Below are positions 31,019 to 40,096 of a stretch of DNA of 64,000 nucleotides, one piece after another. The notes beneath the pieces were generated by a model that searched no databases, was not told where the DNA came from, and was given only the letters and a program-made list of their open reading frames with translations. Position 1 is the stretch's first letter. Every line of letters begins with the position of its first letter. The position numbers and the translations under genes were made by a program. The stretch is from assembly GCA_963734545.1 (NCBI GenBank), contig CAVTHO010000004.1, positions 96,001-160,000 of the forward strand. The letters are read 5' to 3'. The stretch comes from an uncultured Spirochaetota bacterium (lineage in GTDB: Bacteria; Spirochaetota; Spirochaetia; SZUA-6; Fen-1364).

Positions 31019-31993
31019 CTACCGGGTGACCACGCTGGTGTGGGAGGCCATCCAGCGGCCCACCCGGGCCATGGCCCAGGGATAATAGATACCCGCGGTA
31101 ATGACGCTGAGAAGGCCCTGGCCCCACATGAGAAGGAAGCCCCGTCCCAGCGGGCCGTCGAACTCAAGCGTGGCATGGGTCGGAGCCTCGGGCCCTTCAC
31201 CGTCTTTCACGACGATGCGCTGCGCGATGTAGCGGTACATCCGCAGATAGGCGGCCGGGTAGTAGACGAAGAGCGTGATCACGGTGAGCAGGGTCTGCCC
31301 CAGGAACATGCCGAAGGTGGGCCAGAACCGGGCGTTCCACCGCACCGCGTATCCTTCCAGCCTGAAGTTGTCGTAGAGCCAGCGGTAGACATAATACACG
31401 TAGGCGCCCAAGGCGATGAGGTACACCGGCAGGATGATCAGCATCATGACCAATGACGTCGCGCCCGGCGAATCTGCCCTTGCCTGGGCCAGAGTGACCA
31501 CAACGCTCAGGGCAACGACAGCCGCAATGGGAATGACCAGGGTGAGAAGCACGATAAGGAACAGGCTGCCGCCCTTGCCCTTGAAGTCAAATGACTTGCC
31601 ATCGAAAGAAGTCTCCTCCGTGATGTAGCGGGTGATTCGTGTGACGTACCAGGCCCCGTAGATGCCGAGGGTGATGATCGTGAGGAAGCACCCCAGCAGG
31701 TTCATCCCGAACCAGCGGCCCATGGATCCCCGGAATCCGAACTGCTTCCCCTCCAGGCTCAGTGCGGGGATGGTCACGCGTAGAATGGGGATATACAGGA
31801 GGGTGTACAGCACGAAAAAGAGGACGAAAGCGAGCAGGAGAACAAGGAGCCCCACCGGGTTGCCGGGGTTGTCCTGCAGCCTCAGGGTCTGCGCAATGAG
31901 CAGAATATAGAGCAGGACCGCCGGGATGTAGAGGCCTAGAAACAACGGAAGATAGCGGCGAATGGGCAGATTGTACTCGAACCGTCGCGTCAT
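31019..31993 (-). CDS. DUF898/YjgN-family membrane protein
   Basis: Three copies of LT.IT.GIY/VY.PW/AW-like units and F.F.G..G segments. Confidence 0.8.
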   Translation of the reverse strand: MTRRFEYNLPIRRYLPLFLGLYIPAVLLYILLIAQTLRLQDNPGNPVGLLVLLLAFVLFFVLYTLLYIPILRVTIPALSLEGKQFGFRGSMGRWFGMNLLGCFLTIITLGIYGAWYVTRITRYITEETSFDGKSFDFKGKGGSLFLIVLLTLVIPIAAVVALSVVVTLAQARADSPGATSLVMMLIILPVYLIALGAYVYYVYRWLYDNFRLEGYAVRWNARFWPTFGMFLGQTLLTVITLFVYYPAAYLRMYRYIAQRIVVKDGEGPEAPTHATLEFDGPLGRGFLLMWGQGLLSVITAGIYYPWAMARVGRWMASHTSVVTR

Positions 31994-32125
31994 GAGTGTG
32001 TCCCCTTTCTTATTCTGGATCGCGCCTTCCATTGTAGCGCAGGACCCGGAGCCGCCAACAACAAAATCGGCGTTTGTGGGGCTCGCGGCTTGACTGCTGG
32101 AAGTCGGATTATTATTAAACAAATT

Positions 32126-32169
32126 TCATATATGATCTATTGACTAATAAAGAACATATTATGTATAAT
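32126..32169 (+). promoter_or_regulatory. Sigma70 promoter with palindromic operators (PadR autoregulation candidate)
   Basis: TTGACT(32140)-N18-TATAAT(32164). Palindromes TCATATATGA (32126-32135) and ACATATTATGT (32154-32164). Confidence 0.65.
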
Positions 32170-32180
32170 ACAAGTCATGC

Positions 32181-32753
32181 ATGGAGTACTTCATGTCGCT
32201 TAGGAATGCAATTCTCGGCCTGCTGAACAACGAGCCGATGAATGGATACGCCATCAAGACCCTTTTTAACGAAGCGATCAACTTCATCTGGCAGGCGGAG
32301 CTGAGCCAGATCTATCGCGAGCTCGACGCAATGGAAAAGGAAGGGCTCGTCACGTCGTCGATCGAGCAGCAGCATGACCGTCCGAACAAAAGGGTCTATT
32401 CGATCACGGAATCCGGACGGGCTGGATTCCTGGAATGGCTGAAAGAAGCGCCCGGGCAGTTCCTCGCGCCCAAGCGGGACGATTTCATGCTTCGGTTCTT
32501 CTTCGGCTCCCTTGCGGGCGATGAGGTCATGAGGCAATCACTCGAACAGATGCTCCTGCATGTCCGAAAGGCCAGAGAAGCTCTTCTGGAGCCGGCGCGG
32601 ATTGCCGCGCGTCATCCCGGTGATGCGCTCATGGCCAGGGCGGATCGTGCGTGCCGGGAAGACCGCTATTGCGGCTTCATCAAGAAGAGAGCGCTGATGA
32701 CATACGAGACCATAATCCGCTGGGCCGAAGAGTGCCTTGCGGAATTGAAGTAA
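32181..32753 (+). CDS. PadR-family transcriptional regulator
   Basis: LRNAILGLL, GYAI, W.AELSQIY.EL..ME, RPNKRVYSITESG. Confidence 0.92.
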   Translation: MEYFMSLRNAILGLLNNEPMNGYAIKTLFNEAINFIWQAELSQIYRELDAMEKEGLVTSSIEQQHDRPNKRVYSITESGRAGFLEWLKEAPGQFLAPKRDDFMLRFFFGSLAGDEVMRQSLEQMLLHVRKAREALLEPARIAARHPGDALMARADRACREDRYCGFIKKRALMTYETIIRWAEECLAELK

Positions 32754-32767
32754 GGAGAACCTTGGAC

Positions 32768-33559
32768 ATGGAAACGACGATTTTCTACTACACGGCGACA
32801 GGCAACTCGCTCACGCTTGCCCGGTCGCTCGCGCGCGAGCTGGGGAACACCACGCTCGTGCCGATTGCACGGTACAGGCGGACCCGGGTCACGCCGGCGA
32901 CTCCGCGGGTGGGGATAGTGTTTCCCATCCATGCATGGGGACCGCCGCGCACCGTAGAAGAGTTCGTGGAGAACCTCGACCTGAAAGGGGTCCGCTACAC
33001 GTTTGCCATTGCTTCCTGCGGCGGCACCGCGGCGGGAACGCTCCCCCGGCTGCGGAAGGCCTTCCGTCGCAAGGGCAGTGATCTGCAGGCCGCATTCATG
33101 GTCCGGTCCCCCGGCTACATGGAGCTGGGCGGCAAACAGCCCCCGATCATCAATCTGGTCAGGCGATTGTCCGGCCGGCCATTTCCGACTGACACCGAAC
33201 GTCTGCCTGAGATCATCGAGACGGTGCGGGGAGAGAAGAAAGGACCCATCGAACGAAGCGCGCTTCCCGGCGCTCTCCTCGGCAGCTTCTTCCACGGCAT
33301 GGCGGCACCCCAGATGGCGAAGCTCGACGCAGCCTACCGGGTCGCCGAGACCTGCGCCAGCTGCGGCACCTGCACGCGCGTCTGCCCGCGCGGCAACGTC
33401 GCGCTGGAGAACGGAAACCCCGCATGGCACCATGACTGCGACAACTGCGGCGCATGCGCCACCTGGTGTCCCCAGCACGCAATCGGCTTCCAGGGAGTCC
33501 CGGCCGCACCGCGCCGCCATAATCCCGAGGTGTTCGCCGCGGACCTCATGTGGGCCTAG
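32768..33559 (+). CDS. EFR1-type flavodoxin-like / 4Fe-4S ferredoxin fusion
   Basis: YYTATGNS, GIVFPIH, CASCGTCTRVCP and CDNCGACATWCP. Confidence 0.88.
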   Translation: METTIFYYTATGNSLTLARSLARELGNTTLVPIARYRRTRVTPATPRVGIVFPIHAWGPPRTVEEFVENLDLKGVRYTFAIASCGGTAAGTLPRLRKAFRRKGSDLQAAFMVRSPGYMELGGKQPPIINLVRRLSGRPFPTDTERLPEIIETVRGEKKGPIERSALPGALLGSFFHGMAAPQMAKLDAAYRVAETCASCGTCTRVCPRGNVALENGNPAWHHDCDNCGACATWCPQHAIGFQGVPAAPRRHNPEVFAADLMWA

Positions 33560-33584
33560 CCGGCCCGAAGAAGAGCAGCAGGCT

Positions 33585-33944
33585 TTATCCGTTGCGAGCG
33601 AGAAGGTAGAGCGTGCAGCCTGTTGCGAGAATCGCGGGGACGGGGGCAATCCGGTGAATGGTCAGCATGACGCCGTGGCTCAGCTTCCCCGCGCTCATCA
33701 AAGCTCCGGTGGCAAACAGAGAAAGGAAGCACATTCCGGCAGCAACAACAGCCCCCACAGCCAGGGCCGGAGCTTCCGCGTTCTTGAGAATCCTGTACAG
33801 TTGGACGCCGATAACGATCACCGCGGCCAGGGCAATCAACTTATGGATGTTGAAAAGCGCCTGGCTCCACGGTTTGCCGGAACTGCTCAACCAGATACCG
33901 GAAGCCAGTGCCAGGATGTACGTGACTCCCATAAGTGTGATCAC
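33585..33944 (-). CDS. Small four-TM membrane protein
   Basis: GTG after SD AAAGGAG. SGIWLS..GKP...IHKLIAL, TGALMS, IHR (conserved His in TM helices). Confidence 0.65.
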   Translation of the reverse strand: MITLMGVTYILALASGIWLSSSGKPWSQALFNIHKLIALAAVIVIGVQLYRILKNAEAPALAVGAVVAAGMCFLSLFATGALMSAGKLSHGVMLTIHRIAPVPAILATGCTLYLLARNG

Positions 33945-33982
33945 GCGAATCTCCTTTCGGGACGAATATACGAGGCAGTCAG

Positions 33983-34789
33983 TCACACTTCCAGGGCAGG
34001 ATTGAAGTGGGGCTCGCGGTACTGGTTGCGCCGGCTGCCGTGACCGATCCATTCGAGCTGCTGGATGGCGTGCCGAGGGCACGTGTTCATGCACCGCATG
34101 CACTGCTCGCACGCCGCGGACCACGCAGGTCTTTCCCCTGTCATGCTGATGGCATGCAGAGGGCATTGCCGGGAACACGTGCCGCACCCCGTGCAGGCCG
34201 GCGTGGCCTTGAAGAGCTTCCACAGCTTGTGAATGCCGCGCTCATGGAAAAGGTGGTGGATGATGCGTGACCCGAGCGGACCGAACTTCGGATAGACAAA
34301 GGGCTTGTGCCAGCCCTCTCCCGCCATCAGCTTTGCGGCAATCCCGGCAAGCCTGGTTTCCGCCCGTTCCAGGATCCGCAATGCTTCCTCCGGGGTCGGC
34401 ACGTATGCCATCGGCATCCAGTTATCCGGCATCAATAGCGCATCAGAGAAGAAGACGTCGTAGCCCCGGGCAGAAAGAAGATCCCTGCACTCCTGGAGGG
34501 CCCAACCCTCTTCGTTCCGGCCGCCAATCGAAGCCAGCACGAATGCCTGGCGGCGCTCGGAAGCCACGGGCAGGGATTGAAGGTAATTGCGGACGATCCT
34601 GGGTGCACCCAGGGAGTAGACCGGAAACCCGATGCCCAGCAGCTTCGTTTCTGGATCGAGGCCGGCTGCATTGGTCATGGACAGAAGCCGCGTCTGTCGG
34701 CCGCCGGCAGCAAATACCTGCCGGCAGGCATCCAGCATGCGGCGGGAATTGCCCGTGCCCGTGAAATAACGCAATTCAACCATGTCCAT
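33983..34789 (-). CDS. Second EFR1-type flavodoxin/ferredoxin fusion
   Basis: YFTGTGNS, GFPVY, MPDNW, CTGCGTCSRQCP, CEQCMRCMNTCP. Confidence 0.88.
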   Translation of the reverse strand: MDMVELRYFTGTGNSRRMLDACRQVFAAGGRQTRLLSMTNAAGLDPETKLLGIGFPVYSLGAPRIVRNYLQSLPVASERRQAFVLASIGGRNEEGWALQECRDLLSARGYDVFFSDALLMPDNWMPMAYVPTPEEALRILERAETRLAGIAAKLMAGEGWHKPFVYPKFGPLGSRIIHHLFHERGIHKLWKLFKATPACTGCGTCSRQCPLHAISMTGERPAWSAACEQCMRCMNTCPRHAIQQLEWIGHGSRRNQYREPHFNPALEV

Positions 34790-34822
34790 GATCCCCTTTT
34801 GCGTGCGCGTCGAGTGCGCCGG

Positions 34823-36025
34823 TCAGTCGGCGGGTACTTCGACCTCCTGCCCTTTGCGCTCCGCCGACATATACGCGGAATACATGACGGCAACGGTATC
34901 ATATCCAAGCTCAGCCGTGGAGAATGAAGCCCTGCCCGCCGCCATGCACCCGTAGAAGCTGCTCATCTCCTGGACGTACCCATTCATCCAGTTTTCGTCC
35001 GGCGCGGGTTTGCTCCAACCCTGCTTGGTGCCGATCTTCTCCACCACGTAGACGTCCTCGAGCTGTTCTTCCTTCGGGTTGTAGGTTTCCAGCCCGTCGA
35101 TGGGATTGATGTTGCATCTGGTCCGATGGTTGTTCGCGAAGACCTCCAGCCAGTTGTGCACTCCCCCCATGACGATCTCGGAGGCGAACACATCCGCGAT
35201 CGTGCCATCGGAAAATGTGACGTGCATGAAGCCCCAGTCTTCCACGTCGACATAGGAAGTGCGGAAAAAGCCCTTGTCCTGGTAGCCGGGAAGCCGCGTG
35301 ATCTCGTGCGTCCGCGCGCTGACCGACACGGCACGCAGCGGTTTCCCGTGCCGGGCGAGCCCTTCGACACGCTTCAGGTAGAGCGCCGCCGAAAGCGGGT
35401 GAGTGCCCTTGCCCACGATGGAGCCGCCACCGGAAAGCTTCCACGTGCCGTAGGCAGCGGAATGAGAGCCCGAATGAGATTCCTCCGCGATTATCCAGAG
35501 GATCTGCGCTCCCGTCTTCTCGATGATTTCCACTTCCTTCTGGATCACCGGTGTGAAGATCCAGTTTTCCGCATAGTAGATCCGGGCCCCGCCTGCTTTC
35601 TCTGCATCCCGCATTCGGCGCGCGCTGGCAAGGGCTCCCTCCCGCATCTTTTCCTTCGAGAACGTGTTGCCGCGGAAGTCATTCACTCCGCCGGGTCCGA
35701 AGAACCCTGTGAAAGGCTTCTCTACAATTGCATGAACGCCTTTCTTCAACGCGGCAACCGCGACGGGCTCGTGGAAGGCAGGCGGAACGCACACGTGCAC
35801 CACGTCCACTTCATCCAGGAGTGACTCGAGGCTGTCGAATGCCGAAAGGCCGCGCTCACGTGCAAACGCCTCGCGGCTTTCCGGCCTGAGTGAATAGGCA
35901 CCGACCGGCTGCAGCCATGGCAGGCCTGCATGCGTGAGCGCGTCGAAATGGATCTGCGCCACGAATCCGACTCCGACGAATCCACAGCGTATTTCTCGCC
36001 CGCGTGCGGACGCCTTGCCAGTCAT
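34823..36025 (-). CDS. Gfo/Idh/MocA oxidoreductase
   Basis: GFVGVGFVA, HAIVEKP, YAENW, SGGGSIVGKGTHP. Confidence 0.9.
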   Translation of the reverse strand: MTGKASARGREIRCGFVGVGFVAQIHFDALTHAGLPWLQPVGAYSLRPESREAFARERGLSAFDSLESLLDEVDVVHVCVPPAFHEPVAVAALKKGVHAIVEKPFTGFFGPGGVNDFRGNTFSKEKMREGALASARRMRDAEKAGGARIYYAENWIFTPVIQKEVEIIEKTGAQILWIIAEESHSGSHSAAYGTWKLSGGGSIVGKGTHPLSAALYLKRVEGLARHGKPLRAVSVSARTHEITRLPGYQDKGFFRTSYVDVEDWGFMHVTFSDGTIADVFASEIVMGGVHNWLEVFANNHRTRCNINPIDGLETYNPKEEQLEDVYVVEKIGTKQGWSKPAPDENWMNGYVQEMSSFYGCMAAGRASFSTAELGYDTVAVMYSAYMSAERKGQEVEVPAD

Positions 36026-36072
36026 GCCTGCCTCCCCTCTCGGACAAGCATACAGCAGCAGGCGCGCGGATG

Positions 36073-37320
36073 CTAAGCCCTGACCCGCCTGCCCGCCAGG
36101 CTGTAGATCAGGGCTGCCCCGCCGGTGAGCAGTCCCGCCAGTGCGAGCGGGCCGACGAACGGCAGGACAGCCACCGAGATCACAAGCGATATCCAGGGCA
36201 GCGACTTCCTGACCCCCTGTGCCTTGAGCAGCTTCGTGCCCGCGGCCGACCCGATGATGTAGATCAGGACCGCGGCACCGCTGGGGATGAGAAGCGCGGT
36301 CTGCAGGTCCACGTCGAAGACATAGTAGACAACCAGCATGGCGAGCGACAGACCCGTGAGCAGGGTAAGGCTTCCCGCGGGCGCCCCGGTGGAGCTGCTG
36401 ACGCGTGCGAAGGCACGGGGAAGGGCCCCGTCCCTTGCCACGGCCAGCGCCACTCGCGACATGCCTGCCGTGTACGCGTTCACTGTTCCGAAGATGATCA
36501 CCACCGCGAGTATGGCCGTTCCCGCTGCTCCGTAGACTCCCAGCACGTGTGAAAACATCGCGGCAAAGGGCGCAACGCTTCCGCCCGCCGCATAGGCACG
36601 GGTGCCTACCGTCACAAACGCCACTGACAGGTACAGGAGCCCGATCAGCACGACGCTGAGCAGCACGCTCCTGTGAAAATCGCGTTTCGGATTCTTGAAC
36701 TCCTCAGCCACATTGGACACGTTCTCGTACCCGAGATAGGACCAGAAGATCAGCGCCGCCGCGGTGCCGATGGGGAGCAGGCCATTGGGAATGAATGGCG
36801 AGAAGTTCGCAGCCTTCACGGAGGAGAGGGAAAACGCCACCGCGAGCACGAGCAGGGCGATGATCGCGGCAACGATCCCGAGCTGCACGCGATTGCTGAA
36901 CACGATGCCGCGCAGGTTGATCACGTAGGGCACTACTATCACCGCGCACGCCACAAGGTGGATCTCCAGCCTCCCCAATGGGAATGCAAATCCAAGATAG
37001 GAGGCGGCAATCAGGGTCACCGCGGGCGCACCGGCGATATACCACAGTCCGAACAGCCAGCCCGCAACCGCTGCCGCATGCTGACCGAACGCCTCCTTGG
37101 CAAACGCGTACACGCCGCCTGACTCGGGATTGCGGGCGGAAAGCGATGCGAAAGTATAGGCGAATGGATAGCTCGCAAGACACAGCACGGCCCACGCCAG
37201 GAGCGAGGCCGGCCCGGCAAGCCGGGCCGCGAGCCCGGGCAGCACAAGCACACCCGACCCCAGGACGGAGCTGACGTACAGTGCAATTGCATGGCGAAGC
37301 GTGATCGTTTTGCGGAGCAT
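36073..37320 (-). CDS. APC-family amino acid permease
   Basis: VLGSGVLVLPG, AGPAS, SGG.Y, FWSYLGYE, AEEFKNPKRD, about 12 TM helices. Confidence 0.92.
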   Translation of the reverse strand: MLRKTITLRHAIALYVSSVLGSGVLVLPGLAARLAGPASLLAWAVLCLASYPFAYTFASLSARNPESGGVYAFAKEAFGQHAAAVAGWLFGLWYIAGAPAVTLIAASYLGFAFPLGRLEIHLVACAVIVVPYVINLRGIVFSNRVQLGIVAAIIALLVLAVAFSLSSVKAANFSPFIPNGLLPIGTAAALIFWSYLGYENVSNVAEEFKNPKRDFHRSVLLSVVLIGLLYLSVAFVTVGTRAYAAGGSVAPFAAMFSHVLGVYGAAGTAILAVVIIFGTVNAYTAGMSRVALAVARDGALPRAFARVSSSTGAPAGSLTLLTGLSLAMLVVYYVFDVDLQTALLIPSGAAVLIYIIGSAAGTKLLKAQGVRKSLPWISLVISVAVLPFVGPLALAGLLTGGAALIYSLAGRRVRA

Positions 37321-37400
37321 GGTGGGTGTGAGTATACAAATGCAGCATCACAGGCGGCAAACAGGGGCAATACCGCGGGGACAAGAATGTTCCCGGAAGC

Positions 37401-38042
37401 TCAGTGCAGGAGGCGGAAAGTCTTGATATAGAAATCCGACGCTTCGATTCGGGTTCCCAGCGCTGAGACCGCGCTGTTCCCGCCCCGCATGGCCCCGGCA
37501 ATGGTCACCGGCTTTTCGGCGGCAGCGGTCAATTGACTGTGCGCGGTACGCAGCCGGCCTATTTCATCGAGCACCGCCTGGCGGGCCTTGCCCTCACTTC
37601 CTTTGCCCTGCGCTGCTTTCTGATATGCAAGAATCAGGCTCTCCATGCGGGAAAGACGTTTCGACGATGCGAGAAGATAGAACCGCTCGGTCCCGCTCGC
37701 GTTGTCGAGGGTGAACCAGCTCTCACCGTCAGGGATGAATGTTTGCGTATTCAGGTAGGTGCTGGTGTCGAAATCAGAAAACTGACCGGGGAACAGGAGC
37801 TTCAGACTGCCTTCCGCGTCGTGGAGGAGAAGATAGATGAAGGCGTTCTTGACCGGCCGGACGCTGATCTTGAACAAATCTCCCGGTGAGATCGCGGCCT
37901 TCCCTGAAAAGTCAACGGCTCGGACAGAGCCGTCGGGCGCGCTTTTCACGAATGCCCAATCGAACTCCAGCTGGATCTCCTCTGACATTGTCACTGATAC
38001 CGGCAGGGCCAACAGGACTGCAATGAGCAACTTTTCAATCAT
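37401..38042 (-). CDS. Exported DUF4384-domain protein
   Basis: Signal peptide, GD.FKI, FIYLL..DAEG.LKLLFP, IPDGESWFTLD...GTERFYLLAS. Confidence 0.8.
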   Translation of the reverse strand: MIEKLLIAVLLALPVSVTMSEEIQLEFDWAFVKSAPDGSVRAVDFSGKAAISPGDLFKISVRPVKNAFIYLLLHDAEGSLKLLFPGQFSDFDTSTYLNTQTFIPDGESWFTLDNASGTERFYLLASSKRLSRMESLILAYQKAAQGKGSEGKARQAVLDEIGRLRTAHSQLTAAAEKPVTIAGAMRGGNSAVSALGTRIEASDFYIKTFRLLH

Positions 38043-38049
38043 TCTCAAG

Positions 38050-38100
38050 AACCTATCACGACACCGCTTTCTTGACAATTCGGGGAACCGGACATAGCCT
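38050..38100. promoter_or_regulatory. Back-to-back sigma70 promoters sharing one -35 element
   Basis: Plus strand TTGACA(38072)-N17-TAGCCT(38095). Minus strand TTGTCA(38078)-N17-TAGGTT(38055). Confidence 0.55.
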
Positions 38101-38172
38101 ACGGCCATAGTTCGGCTCCTCTCGAGCACTGTTGATTAAGAAAGGCGGACTGGACACCTGCGGCGATCAGGA

Positions 38173-40089
38173 TTGACGCTTGCTCTCATCGTGGCGGTCT
38201 CCCTGGCATTCGCGTGGGCCCTCGCCCTGGCCGCTGCCGCCCTGCACCAGGACTGGAACAATCGACTGAACGACGGGTTCTTCCGACTGCGATATCGGAT
38301 CAAGGGTTCCGAACAAATCCTGCCCGCCATCGGCCACGTGGACCTCACGGACTCGGTCGAGCGTGAGCTGGGCATGAAGGGGGGAGAGCGGAAAGACTTT
38401 GCGCGCCTGGTGAAGATCCTCTCCGAGGCGGGCGCCGGCTCCATCGTCTTCGACATGATATTTGCCGGGCCCGGTTCCCCCGGGGGTGATCGGCAGCTCG
38501 CGGACGCGAGCAGGCGAGCGGGAAACGTGTACCTGCCTGCGATCATGCGGACCGAGGAATACCGGAAGATGGCCGGCATCCCTTCCGGCAGCGAGCCTGC
38601 CGCACGCTGGCTCTGGCACCCGAAGGTGATCCGACAGGGTGACGCAGTCGTTGCCGCTGCTTCGATTGTGAGTTACGACGCGCTCAACGAAGCGGCACGG
38701 GGTGCGGGCAGCATAAACTGGGAGCCCGACGCGGACGGTCAACTCCGGCGCATGCCTCTCCTGGTCCTGTTCCGTGACGGGTTCATGCCCGCGCTTGCTC
38801 TCCGCGCGGCCTGTGACGCACTGCACGTCGATCACCGGCAGATTGAAGTCTCCTTTGGCAGACACGTCCGTCTCCCCGCCGCCCGCATGCCTGACGGGAG
38901 CCTCCGCGACATCGATATCCCCATAGACCGCGCGGGAAAGATGATCGTCAACTACGCGGGCCCATGGGACGCATCCTTCCCGCACTACTCATTCACCAGG
39001 CTTCTCAAGGCGGAAACGGATCCGGCCATGGCGGAGAGCGTCGCCGAGGAGCTGGAGGGCTCGCATCTCATCGTGTCAGACCTCACAACGAGCTCCAGCG
39101 ATTATGGCGCCAGCCCCTTTGAGCGGGTCTACCCGCGAAGCGGCATCCACGCGAACATCCTGAACAGCATCCTGACGGACCGCTTCCTCCGCATGGAAGC
39201 ATGGTACGAGGCACTCTGCCTGACGATTGGATTCGCGGTGCTGCTCTGGCTCGTGCTCTCGAGGCTTCGGCCTCTGGCGGGCACCGTGCTCGCGCTGGCC
39301 TGCTGGGCAGCGCTCGCCGGCGTGCAGTTCGCGCAGTTCGCATTGCGCGGAGTCATGCCCGCGCTTTCGGCGCCCACGATCGGCTTCGTGCTTGCGCTCG
39401 TAGCGGCCCACGCGTACCGCTTTTTCCAGGCCGAGCAGGAAAAGCTCAGGATCCGCACGCGGATGGAGCGCTACTTTGCCCCCCGCCTGATGTCCAAGAT
39501 CCTCCAGACCCCCGGCAGGCTCATGTCAGCGGAAAAGAAAGTGGTCACCGTGCTGTTCAGCGACATCGCCGGGTTCACCTCCTGGTGCGCGGCCCAGCCT
39601 CCGGACATCATACACCGCACCCTGAACGAGTATTTTGAATTGATGACGGAGATCGTGTTCCGCAACGAGGGGACCGTCGACAAGTTCATAGGCGACGGCC
39701 TCATGGCCTTCTTTGGAGACCCCCTGGAACAGCCCGACCATGCATTGCGGGCGGTACGGTCAGGAATTGAAATGCAGCAGACCGTGCGGCGGCTTCGCGC
39801 CCGCTGGGAGTCCGAGGGACAGATGCCAATCCACATCCGGGTCGGCATCAACAGCGGCGAGGTCGTCGTGGGTGACATGGGATCCCCACAGATCATGGCA
39901 TACACGGCCATCGGATCGAACATCAACCTCGGTTCGCGCCTGGAAAGCAAGGCTCCCATTGACGGAATTCTGATAAGTGCCCCTGTTTATGAGTCTGTGA
40001 AGAGCTCGGTGGACACGCGTTTTGCCGGCAGGATAACTGCCAAGGGCATCACGAACGAATTCGATACCTTCGAAGTCATCGTGCCCTGA
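38173..40089 (+). CDS. CHASE2-domain class III adenylate/guanylate cyclase
   Basis: N-terminal TM, CHASE2 (IVFDMIF, DADG.LRR.PL, G.IHAN), three TM helices, VLFSDIAGFT, DKFIGDGLMAFFG, YTAIGSNINLGSRLE. Start uncertain. Confidence 0.92.
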   Translation: MTLALIVAVSLAFAWALALAAAALHQDWNNRLNDGFFRLRYRIKGSEQILPAIGHVDLTDSVERELGMKGGERKDFARLVKILSEAGAGSIVFDMIFAGPGSPGGDRQLADASRRAGNVYLPAIMRTEEYRKMAGIPSGSEPAARWLWHPKVIRQGDAVVAAASIVSYDALNEAARGAGSINWEPDADGQLRRMPLLVLFRDGFMPALALRAACDALHVDHRQIEVSFGRHVRLPAARMPDGSLRDIDIPIDRAGKMIVNYAGPWDASFPHYSFTRLLKAETDPAMAESVAEELEGSHLIVSDLTTSSSDYGASPFERVYPRSGIHANILNSILTDRFLRMEAWYEALCLTIGFAVLLWLVLSRLRPLAGTVLALACWAALAGVQFAQFALRGVMPALSAPTIGFVLALVAAHAYRFFQAEQEKLRIRTRMERYFAPRLMSKILQTPGRLMSAEKKVVTVLFSDIAGFTSWCAAQPPDIIHRTLNEYFELMTEIVFRNEGTVDKFIGDGLMAFFGDPLEQPDHALRAVRSGIEMQQTVRRLRARWESEGQMPIHIRVGINSGEVVVGDMGSPQIMAYTAIGSNINLGSRLESKAPIDGILISAPVYESVKSSVDTRFAGRITAKGITNEFDTFEVIVP

Positions 40090-40096
40090 ATGCTGC

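Noticed and set aside
32142-32169. TTATGTATAAT resembles the XerD arm of a dif site
   Set aside because: No XerC arm at the 6-bp spacing; better explained as the padR -10 box and operator
21676-34789. Run of small unrelated genes considered as an integron cassette array
   Set aside because: Orientations are mixed, no repeated attC-like RYYYAAC/GTTRRRY sites were seen, and there is no integrase
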